From NCBI GenBank assembly GCA_003599365.1, contig QZJR01000078.1:1-38266 (forward strand): DNA of 38,266 nt, read 5' to 3'. How positions within the stretch are numbered: position 1 is the stretch's first letter; each line of letters starts with the position of its first letter. Source of the stretch: Deltaproteobacteria bacterium. GTDB taxonomy: Bacteria > Desulfobacterota > UBA8473. Both the position numbers and the translations under genes were made by a program. Positions 1 through 7,812 of this stretch are shown one piece after another. Below the pieces are notes generated by a model, which saw only the letters and a program-made list of their open reading frames with translations, did not search any database and had not been told where the DNA came from.

Positions 1-1
1 G

Positions 2-394
2 GATGTTTTCAGGGAGATTCCCTGTGGGAGTGAAACCATCCTCATCGTTGAGGATGAGGAGACGGTACGGAAGCTCACAGTCAGAGTATTGGAAAGGCAG
101 GGATACAAATTGCTGGAGGCATCTGATGGGAATGAGGCTCTACTCCTCTGCGAAGAGTTCAAGGATTCTATTCATCTGATTCTGACCGATGTGGTAATGC
201 CCGGGATGAGCGGGCGTAAGCTGGTGGACTTTCTAAAAGAGATTTGTCCGGAGATAAAGGCTCTCTATATGTCCGGTTACACCGATAATGCAATAGTCCA
301 TCATGGTATGCTGGAAGAAGGGATAGAGTTTATTCAGAAGCCTTTTACCATGGAAAAATTGGCAGGAAAAGTGAGGGAGGTGCTGGATAAATGA
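2..394 (+). CDS. C-terminal receiver (REC) domain, probably of a hybrid sensor histidine kinase/response regulator; 5' end lies outside the window
   Basis: Frame is open from position 2: GSETILIVEDEETVRKL...LILTDVVMPGMSG...YMSGY...FIQKPF, with the acidic pair, phospho-Asp and KPF Lys. Confidence 0.85.
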   Translation, partial: DVFREIPCGSETILIVEDEETVRKLTVRVLERQGYKLLEASDGNEALLLCEEFKDSIHLILTDVVMPGMSGRKLVDFLKEICPEIKALYMSGYTDNAIVHHGMLEEGIEFIQKPFTMEKLAGKVREVLDK

Positions 395-481
395 CAGCAT
401 TGCTATGTTATTTTCGAAACGTTCTACTAGTATGGCATCCCTATATTTTTATAAGCCACTCTTTATGAAAGGGGATATCCT

Positions 482-2734
482 ATGATCAGCTCAAGACTTA
501 AGACCTATTTTCTGCTAGCTATTTTTGGTGCCATTATTGTTGCCTTAGTTGGATATTACTATACAAAAAAGGATTTACCGCCATATCCGGAAAAGGTCGT
601 CATGGAAAGCGGTGAACTGTTGACCGGAAAGGCCCAAATCATGGCTGGCCAACAGGTCTGGCAGAAATACGGCCTGATGGATATTGGGAGTGTCTGGGGG
701 CACGGCACTTACAGGGGTCCTGATTTTACTGCGCAAGCCCTGCACAATATGGGACAGAATATGCGGGAAAAGTTAGCCCATGAAAGAAGTGGAACTTCTT
801 ATCAGTCCCTTAATACAGAGTCTAAAGGGGGGGTAGACGCTGTTGTTATCAACCAAATCAAGACCAACCGATATGATTCAACCAATGACACCCTGACCCT
901 GACACCTCTCCAGACAGCGGCTCTCCTTGAAAATCGTAAATTCTACGACAACCTTTTCTCAGAGGGAAATAGAAGAGGTCCAATCCGTGCAGGAACTATC
1001 AAGGATACTCAGGAACGGCAGAATCTGGCCGACTTCTTTTTCTGGACGGCATGGTGCGCCGGGACCATTCGGCCCGGAGATACTCATACTTATACCAACA
1101 ATTGGCCCCACGACCCGGAGGTGGGAAATTTGGTCTCCGGAAAATCTCTGGTCTGGTCTGCAATATCCTTGGTGGCCTTCGGTATTATCCTTGGATTGAT
1201 TATTTTCCTGTTTCATAAATACGAGTTCAATCGTGGGTCGTTGCCGTATAAACCCGAACCTGCCCTGGCGCTGGCCGCAGCGAAAATATCCTCCAGTCAG
1301 AAGAAAACAGCCAAATTTTTCCTGGTCGTGGCTGCCCTGTTTTTCTTGCAGGTTATCATAGGCGGATTGATGGCCAGCTATACGGTGAACCCCGACTCCT
1401 TTTACGGAATTGATTTTGTAGCGAAATTCATACCTTATAATTGGGTTAAAACATGGCACCTTCAGTTAGCTGTATTCTGGATAGCCACCTCATGGATCGG
1501 TATGACCCTGTTTGTTTCCCCACGGGTCGGAGGTAAGGAACCGGCGGGACAGGGATTCTTGGTAGATGTCCTCTTCGTGGCTGTGATCATTGTTGCCTTG
1601 GGAAGCCTCACGGGAGAAGTTCTAGGAATAAAAGGGCTATTGGGCAAAGCCTGGTTCTGGTTGGGACATCAGGGTTGGGAATACCTGGAACTGGGCCGTC
1701 TGTGGCAGATTCTGCTGCTCATAGGTCTCATATTATGGCTGCTTTTGGTGGTCCGTGCATTAAAAGATCATTTTGCTTCCGGACAGGACAAATGGGGGTT
1801 ACCTCACTTCCTGGCATATTCCGGGATTGCGGTTGTTGGTTTTTTCTCTTTCGGTCTCCTCTATAATCCTCAGTCCCATTTGACCATTGCCGATTTCTGG
1901 CGGTGGTGGGTGGTGCATACGTGGGTTGAAGGAGCATTTGAGTTCTTTGCTGCAGCTGCAATCGTTTTTGTGATGGTAAATCTGGGACTGGTCGATCTGA
2001 AGGCCGGACTTCGCACCGTTTATTTTACCGTTTCCCTTGCTCTGGGCTCAGGTATCATCGGTGTAGGGCATCATTACTACTGGTTTGGCGAGCCTTCCTT
2101 CTGGCTGGCTTTGGGGTCTACCATATCAGCCCTGGAACCTGTGCCAATTTTGCTCCTTCTTGCCGAGGTGTGGCATGGACAAAAAGCGCTTGTCAAAGCA
2201 GGCAGTGGGTTCCCTTATCGGTATCCACTGATGTTTCTGATGGCCTCTGTTGTTTGGGAATTTGTAGGGGCAGGAGTCATGGGGCTCTCGATTACTACAC
2301 CGGTAGTAAATTACTATGAACACGGAACCTATCTGACCGTTAATCACGGTCACACTGCCTTGTTCGGGACTTACGGTCTTCTGGCCATCGGTTTACTGTT
2401 GTTTTCCATGCGGGGATTAGTCATGGAGAATGGATGGAATGACCGGTTACTCAAGGTATCTTTCTGGGGAACGAATATCGGGCTTTTTATTATGTTTATC
2501 GGGACGTTATTGCCTATCGGTATCCTTCAGGTTCTGGATAATATTAAATACGGTTTCTGGCATGCCCGTTCGGATGAATTCTGGTTTCAGGATACCATTC
2601 AATTATTAGGGCAAGCCAGGATGCTGCCAGACCTGCTGATTATCCTTGGCGCTGGCTCCCTCCTCCTGTTTATGCTTAAGACCATAACCAAACTGAAACC
2701 GGTTGAGGTTAAATCCGGTGAAAAGTTCGATTAG
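482..2734 (+). CDS. norB: Quinol-dependent nitric oxide reductase (qNOR, NorZ-type long NorB)
   Basis: 750-aa membrane protein with GSVWGHGTYRGPDFTA, YTNNWP, TWHLQ, QGWEYLELGRLWQ, WWVVHTWVEGAFE, GHHYYW, SALEPVP and HGHTALFG. RBS aagggg upstream. Confidence 0.95.
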   Translation: MISSRLKTYFLLAIFGAIIVALVGYYYTKKDLPPYPEKVVMESGELLTGKAQIMAGQQVWQKYGLMDIGSVWGHGTYRGPDFTAQALHNMGQNMREKLAHERSGTSYQSLNTESKGGVDAVVINQIKTNRYDSTNDTLTLTPLQTAALLENRKFYDNLFSEGNRRGPIRAGTIKDTQERQNLADFFFWTAWCAGTIRPGDTHTYTNNWPHDPEVGNLVSGKSLVWSAISLVAFGIILGLIIFLFHKYEFNRGSLPYKPEPALALAAAKISSSQKKTAKFFLVVAALFFLQVIIGGLMASYTVNPDSFYGIDFVAKFIPYNWVKTWHLQLAVFWIATSWIGMTLFVSPRVGGKEPAGQGFLVDVLFVAVIIVALGSLTGEVLGIKGLLGKAWFWLGHQGWEYLELGRLWQILLLIGLILWLLLVVRALKDHFASGQDKWGLPHFLAYSGIAVVGFFSFGLLYNPQSHLTIADFWRWWVVHTWVEGAFEFFAAAAIVFVMVNLGLVDLKAGLRTVYFTVSLALGSGIIGVGHHYYWFGEPSFWLALGSTISALEPVPILLLLAEVWHGQKALVKAGSGFPYRYPLMFLMASVVWEFVGAGVMGLSITTPVVNYYEHGTYLTVNHGHTALFGTYGLLAIGLLLFSMRGLVMENGWNDRLLKVSFWGTNIGLFIMFIGTLLPIGILQVLDNIKYGFWHARSDEFWFQDTIQLLGQARMLPDLLIILGAGSLLLFMLKTITKLKPVEVKSGEKFD

Positions 2735-2765
2735 CAGCGGACAAGCTGAATAAACCATAACCAAC

Positions 2766-2795
2766 TCAGACCCCCCCTCGCAAGGGGGGGTCTGA
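2766..2795. terminator. Perfect 13-bp stem hairpin after norB (terminator, RNA-stabilising stem or REP-like)
   Basis: tcagaccccccct-cgca-agggggggtctga, followed by tggatttttg. The U-tract is weak. Confidence 0.55.
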
Positions 2796-2823
2796 TGGAT
2801 TTTTGATATCCAGGTGAACAAAA

Positions 2824-3447
2824 ATGGACAAGAATACACTGAACCGTAATATCAGTTGCCCAGGGCCTTTGGATATCTCGGACGAGGATGTATTAAAGGC
2901 CATGAGAGACGTCCAAGGATATCTGGATATAACCCCGGCTGATGCCAAAGAGCTCTACCGCTTTGCCTATAGGCATGCCATTGAACGTCTCACCCATTCG
3001 GTCAGGGCAAGGGATGTTATGACCAAAACAGTAATTTCTGTCAAGATAGATACCTCCCTGGAAGAAGTAGCAGAGCTGATGGCACATCACGGTATCTCCG
3101 GTGTTCCGGTGATTGAGGGGGAAGGTATGGTTGCGGGCATCATCTCTGAAAAAGACTTCCTGCATAATATGGACAACGAAGGCGCCAGCTCATTCATGGG
3201 CATCCTGGCCCATTGTTTGAAAAGAGGGGGATGTATTGCCCTATCAATACTTAAATGGAAAGCCGAAGACATCATGACATCCCCTGCGGTAACTGTGGAG
3301 GAAGATACACCCGTTTCTGAAATTGCCGGCATTTTTACGAAAAAGAATATTAACAGGGTGCCGGTTGTTGACAGGAAGGGTAAACTGATCGGGATTGTCT
3401 CGCGGGCGGACATTGTCCAGTCATCGTCTCAGATAATTGAGAAATAG
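2824..3447 (+). CDS. CBS-domain pair protein
   Basis: ARDVMTKTVISV...ISGVPV...GIISEKD and AEDIMTSPAVTV...INRVPVVD...GIVSRADI. The N-terminal YLDITPAD motif is typical of HPP-associated CBS proteins. Confidence 0.9.
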   Translation: MDKNTLNRNISCPGPLDISDEDVLKAMRDVQGYLDITPADAKELYRFAYRHAIERLTHSVRARDVMTKTVISVKIDTSLEEVAELMAHHGISGVPVIEGEGMVAGIISEKDFLHNMDNEGASSFMGILAHCLKRGGCIALSILKWKAEDIMTSPAVTVEEDTPVSEIAGIFTKKNINRVPVVDRKGKLIGIVSRADIVQSSSQIIEK

Positions 3448-3456
3448 GATTACCGG

Positions 3457-4008
3457 ATGAGGAATAGAACAATGAACTACTTCAAGAAAATGATCGGAAC
3501 AACAAAGAGCCCGCCATCTGTTGGTTTTTCTGAGATAGTCTGGTCATGGATAGGCGCCTTTCTTGGCATTGCCCCCTTAGCCTTGCTAAACTACACTATC
3601 CTCGAAAAAACAGATATGGTAATGCTTATAGGTTCTTTTGGAGCCTCATCCGTGCTTATCTATGGCGCAATCAAGAGCCCGCTGGCTCAGCCAAGGAATC
3701 TCATAGGTGGTCACATAATTTCAGCTCTTGTAGGCGTGACCTCATACAAGATACTCTACAGTCATATGTGGCTGGCTTCATCCATAGCGGTGGCAACATC
3801 AATTGTGGCTATGCATGCAACAAAAACCCTTCACCCCCCTGGGGGTGCCACGGCACTGATTGCAGTTACGGGAAGTCAGAAGATCATCAATCTTGGTTAT
3901 CTCTATGTAGTAATACCCGTCGGTCTGGGTGCAGCCATTATGTTAATTATTGCACTTCTAGTAAACAATATGCCCAAAAGCCGTAGATACCCGGAATTCT
4001 GGTTCTGA
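3457..4008 (+). CDS. HPP family integral membrane protein (start may be ATG 3472)
   Basis: GSFGASSVLIYG, SPLAQPRNLIGGH and TLHPPGGATALIAV motifs. Confidence 0.92.
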   Translation: MRNRTMNYFKKMIGTTKSPPSVGFSEIVWSWIGAFLGIAPLALLNYTILEKTDMVMLIGSFGASSVLIYGAIKSPLAQPRNLIGGHIISALVGVTSYKILYSHMWLASSIAVATSIVAMHATKTLHPPGGATALIAVTGSQKIINLGYLYVVIPVGLGAAIMLIIALLVNNMPKSRRYPEFWF

Positions 4009-4095
4009 TCAACGAAAACACAGTAAGCAAAGAAAAGGATGTGTAAGTACTGGATCGATATATGAAGTTATTCGCTGTTCTATCAATGAGCTACC

Positions 4096-4119
4096 TATAG
4101 TGAACGAATTAAATAAATT
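4096..4119 (+). repeat. Orphan left end of the MITE-like element found intact at 27860-27984
   Basis: 24/24 identity: tatagtgaacgaattaaataaatt equals 27860-27883. Confidence 0.85.
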
Positions 4120-4478
4120 TGGCAGCCATGCGAGTGCTTCTTAATAGTGTTGGTCTATCATTTAACGATTTGGAAAAGATCTTTGTGGCAGGCGGTTTTG
4201 GTAACTACCTGAACGTGGAAAAGGCTATATTTATAGGTCTGCTTCCGGATATCCCTGTAGAACGAGTGCAGTTTATTGGTAACAGTTCTCTTACCGGTAC
4301 CCGAATGGCGTTGCTTTCCAGACATGCCTTTGCCAGGGCAAAAAACCTGGCGAACCAGATGACTTACTTCGAACTCTCCGTGAATCAAGACTTCATGAAT
4401 GAGTTTGTAGCATCTCTCTTTTTACCGCATACCGATATGAACCTGTTTCCTACGGTAAGGCGTTTGTTGGCAACTTAG
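4119..4478 (+). pseudogene. 3' fragment of an ASKHA-domain RACo-like (corrinoid reductive activator, DUF4445) gene
   Basis: IFVAGGFGNYLNVEKAIFIGLLPD...GNSSLTG...MTYFELS...FMNEFVASLFLPHTD is the RACo C-terminus. Only about 119 aa of a much longer protein remain, there is no RBS, and it abuts a repeat end. Confidence 0.8.
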
Positions 4479-4705
4479 GCAAAAGGATTTCAAATATCTG
4501 TAGTAACCGAACCATAACGACGACAAATATGGCAAGACCGGAAAAACAAGGAAGAACAAGATCGCGCACAATGAATCTGCAAAGATGAAGACCTCTCATG
4601 GAGTTATCCATGGTTAGCATGGTGGATGTCTGCAGATGCCAAGGAACAGGTTATCGTTTATGCCAAAGCATTTGAGGATACACACGGTGAATGTGGAGTT
4701 GAGAA

Positions 4706-5176
4706 ATGCAGCAGAGCGTTAACCGAAATAAGAATTGGCTTTACCTTATAATACTTGGTTTGGCTATTGGCGTTGTGTCGGGCGTGGGAGCGTACACTTT
4801 TCTTTATGCAAAAGGTTTCTCCTACATGAGCAATGCCCCGGAGGTCTGCACCAATTGTCATGTTATGGACGCTAACTACAATGCCTGGGTTAAATCGAGC
4901 CATAAAAACGTGGCTGTTTGCAACGACTGTCACGCGCCGCACTCCTTTTTGCGCAAGTATGAAACTAAGATAGTCAATGGTTTTTTACATTCATTTGCGT
5001 TCACTACCGGGCGTTTTCCCGACCCGATTCGGATTACCAATCGCAGCCGCCGGATCGCCGAGCAAACGTGCCGCTATTGTCATGCTGATATTGTTCAACA
5101 GATAGACACCGCGCATAAGGGCGCCGAACCGCTTGACTGCCTGCGTTGCCATCCGTCGGTGGGTCACTTGGAGTAA
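4706..5176 (+). CDS. nrfH: Cytochrome c nitrite reductase small subunit (tetraheme NapC/NirT-family quinol dehydrogenase)
   Basis: N-terminal TM helix, YMSNAPEVCTNCHVM, four CxxCH motifs (CTNCH, CNDCH, CRYCH, CLRCH), C-terminal VGH. Confidence 0.93.
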   Translation: MQQSVNRNKNWLYLIILGLAIGVVSGVGAYTFLYAKGFSYMSNAPEVCTNCHVMDANYNAWVKSSHKNVAVCNDCHAPHSFLRKYETKIVNGFLHSFAFTTGRFPDPIRITNRSRRIAEQTCRYCHADIVQQIDTAHKGAEPLDCLRCHPSVGHLE

Positions 5177-5293
5177 GGACATGTATAAAAAAGGAGAGAT
5201 CGGCAAAGTGTTACGGGGTCTGACACCTGGATCGTTAAAACCCCATGGGCGGGACGTCCATGCCATTTTAGGAATACGAAAGCGAGGGATACC

Positions 5294-6757
5294 ATGAACA
5301 TTAGACAAAGATTGATCTCCGCCGCGCAGCGCTGCGGCACAACCGTTCCCAGAATGCTGGCGTTTTTGATTGCGGTCATTGTGGGGACCATGGTTATAAC
5401 GTTCTTCGTGACGACAATCCTGATCAACATCTTCGAGCGCAAGCAGGAGGCGCGTAATCCGTTCTATCGAGTGGTAGAGTTGGATGATACCACGGAAGAT
5501 CCAGCGTTATGGGGCAAGGATTTCCCGCAGCAATACGATGCCTATCTACGCACAGTGGATCAGGTGCGCACAAAATACGGCGGGAGTGAAGCAGTCCAAC
5601 GAACACCGACCAATGTTGATCCGCGTTCCGTTCTTGCCCGGTCACGCCTCGAAAGCGATCCACGCCTCAAGAAGATTTGGGCGGGTTACGCCTTTGCCAT
5701 AGACTTCCGCGAAGAGCGCGGCCACGCCTATATGCTCGACGACCAGACCTACACGGAACGACAGCGTGTAGTCAAACAACCCGGAGCCTGTATACATTGC
5801 CACGCTTCGGTCTATGTGCCTTACAAGAAACTGGGCGACGGCAACTTGATAAAAGGCTTCGAAAAGATGAACCAGATGCCGTACTTCGAGGCGCGTAAAC
5901 TGGTTACTCACCCTGTGGCATGTATTGACTGCCACGATCCCAAGGACATGCAGCTCCGCATTACCCGCCCTGGATTTCTCGAGGGCATCCGCGTTTACAA
6001 GGAATCTCAGGGGATTCGAAACTACGACGTCAATGCCATGGCCACGCGCCAGGAGATGCGTTCCTTTGTTTGTGGGCAATGTCACGTGGAGTATTACTTT
6101 AAAGGCCAGGAAAAGCGCCTTACCTACCCGTGGTTTAAAGGACTCCAGGCTGATAATATCCTCGCATACTATGACGAGACAGGTTTCAAAGACTGGGCAC
6201 ACGCTGAAACAGGTGCGCCGATGCTCAAGGCTCAGCATCCTGAGTTTGAAACGTGGAAACAGGGAATTCACTCACGCGCCGGGGTGGCCTGCGCGGACTG
6301 CCACATGCCCTACAAGCGTGTAGGCGCACTCAAGATCAGTGACCATCATGTGAGTAGTCCGCTATTACCGGGCAATATCACCAATGCATGCCAGACCTGC
6401 CACCGTGTGCCGGAATCAGAGCTGAAGGCCCGGGCCGAGCAGATTCAGAACCGCGTGTTCGAGATGCGCAATGTGGCAATGGATGCGCTGGTAGAATTCA
6501 TTGGAGAGCTCAAGACGGCACGAATAGCCGGAGCAACCGACAATCAACTAATGGTTCCTCGGAAGCTCCAACGCAAGGCACAATTCCTGCTTGACTTCGT
6601 CGAATCCGAGAACTCGATGGGCTTTCACGCTCCACAGGAGTCCGAGCGTCTGCTGTTTCTGTCGCTTGACTATACGCGGCAAGGGCAAAAAGCAGTACAA
6701 GCCCTTAGCATGGAACTCTCTTCTACCGCTAAGTTCTCTTCGAAGGGAAAGCGTTGA
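5294..6757 (+). CDS. nrfA: Ammonia-forming cytochrome c552 nitrite reductase, CxxCH-type
   Basis: WAGYAFAIDFREERGHAY, CGQCHVEYYF, KAQHPEFE, SDHH and SENSMGFHAP. Five heme motifs: CIHCH, CIDCH, CGQCH, CADCH, CQTCH. Confidence 0.95.
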   Translation: MNIRQRLISAAQRCGTTVPRMLAFLIAVIVGTMVITFFVTTILINIFERKQEARNPFYRVVELDDTTEDPALWGKDFPQQYDAYLRTVDQVRTKYGGSEAVQRTPTNVDPRSVLARSRLESDPRLKKIWAGYAFAIDFREERGHAYMLDDQTYTERQRVVKQPGACIHCHASVYVPYKKLGDGNLIKGFEKMNQMPYFEARKLVTHPVACIDCHDPKDMQLRITRPGFLEGIRVYKESQGIRNYDVNAMATRQEMRSFVCGQCHVEYYFKGQEKRLTYPWFKGLQADNILAYYDETGFKDWAHAETGAPMLKAQHPEFETWKQGIHSRAGVACADCHMPYKRVGALKISDHHVSSPLLPGNITNACQTCHRVPESELKARAEQIQNRVFEMRNVAMDALVEFIGELKTARIAGATDNQLMVPRKLQRKAQFLLDFVESENSMGFHAPQESERLLFLSLDYTRQGQKAVQALSMELSSTAKFSSKGKR

Positions 6758-6984
6758 AGATTTCTTCGGCGTTATCCGTCATTACGGCTGCTGTTGTCGG
6801 TGTGGTTCTGAATCTGGCAGTCTGGTTCGGGATATATGTGATATTTCCGCAAACAGGCGGAATCAACTGGTTTGCAATCATATTGGGAATAATATCATTT
6901 ACAGCTATGCAATGGCTTAAAATCGGAATGATTCCGGTAATTGCGGTTTCAGGCATAGCTGGAGTAGTATGGAATTTATTTTAA
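6754..6984 (+). pseudogene. chrA: 3' remnant of a chromate efflux transporter (CHR family)
   Basis: ALSVITAAVVGVVLNLAVWFG...KIGMIPVIAVSGIAG resembles the ChrA C-terminal helices. Only 76 aa, with a TTG start overlapping the nrfA stop. Confidence 0.7.
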
Positions 6985-7014
6985 AATATATCTAACCAGA
7001 AAGGAGTTTATCGT

Positions 7015-7752
7015 ATGCCCCCGTATAACAAACATTTGGAGGCAAGCGCAAAACGAACAGGGAAATCTTATCAACAAATGCACGACTGGCTTGACAATCA
7101 TCCGCAGATGAAAGCCGAACGTCATAGTTTGGACAAACTTTTTGAAAACATCGAATTTGTAAAAACATCATGGGGAGAGGAAGCGGTTAAAGAATATCTT
7201 CAACATATCGTGGAAGACTCGGCAATGCAGGACATTGAAGCCCTTCAAAAAGCCGGATGTCCTGATGAGGCGGTTTCCCACAGTATCGAGGTTGCCAGAA
7301 AAGCATTGGAGATTTCAAGCAGAGTTAAAATTAATGTGGATCGGAAATTAATCATTCGCGGCGCGGTTTACCATGATCTGGGCAAGTCAAAAACCTACGG
7401 AATGCAGCATGGCGAAATCGGAGCGCAGATGGCGCAGGAACTGAATTTAGAGAATGAGATTATACAAATCATTCTAAAGCATATCCGGGGTGGGCTTACA
7501 GAACCTGAAGCAGTCGAACTCAATCTTCCGGTACGGGATTACAAGCTGAAAACGCCGGAAGAAAAGATTATCATTTATGCAGACAGGATGGTTGACATCT
7601 ACACCGACGGCATTGTTCCGGATACAGATGAAAAAGATGCTGAAAATCGTTTTGTTGAAATTTTGCAGCAGTATGAAAAATATGGCAAAAATGCTGTCAC
7701 TCTGAAAAGATATATCGATATGCACCAAGAAATTCATAGGTGGATGAATTGA
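7015..7752 (+). CDS. HD-domain (HDIG/TIGR00295-like) metal-dependent phosphohydrolase with an extra His-rich N-terminal domain
   Basis: HSIEVARKA...YHDLGK...HGEIGA...KHIRGG...YADR. RBS aaggag. Confidence 0.85.
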   Translation: MPPYNKHLEASAKRTGKSYQQMHDWLDNHPQMKAERHSLDKLFENIEFVKTSWGEEAVKEYLQHIVEDSAMQDIEALQKAGCPDEAVSHSIEVARKALEISSRVKINVDRKLIIRGAVYHDLGKSKTYGMQHGEIGAQMAQELNLENEIIQIILKHIRGGLTEPEAVELNLPVRDYKLKTPEEKIIIYADRMVDIYTDGIVPDTDEKDAENRFVEILQQYEKYGKNAVTLKRYIDMHQEIHRWMN

Positions 7753-7812
7753 TTTTATTTTGTTAAGAAGCAGAGACTTGTAACAAGGTCAAAAATAGAA
7801 TTTAGAGATAAC

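Noticed and set aside
431-450. tggca upstream of norB as a sigma54 -24 element
   Set aside because: There is no TGC at the -12 position (tggcatccctatatt).
482-2734. NO dismutase (Nod) call
   Set aside because: The FeB ligands (HTWVE, GHH) and catalytic Glu residues are canonical; only the quinol-site motif differs.
4500-4700. Possible DnaJ-type zinc-finger or other gene debris (CRCQGTGY)
   Set aside because: Too short and interrupted to support a family call.
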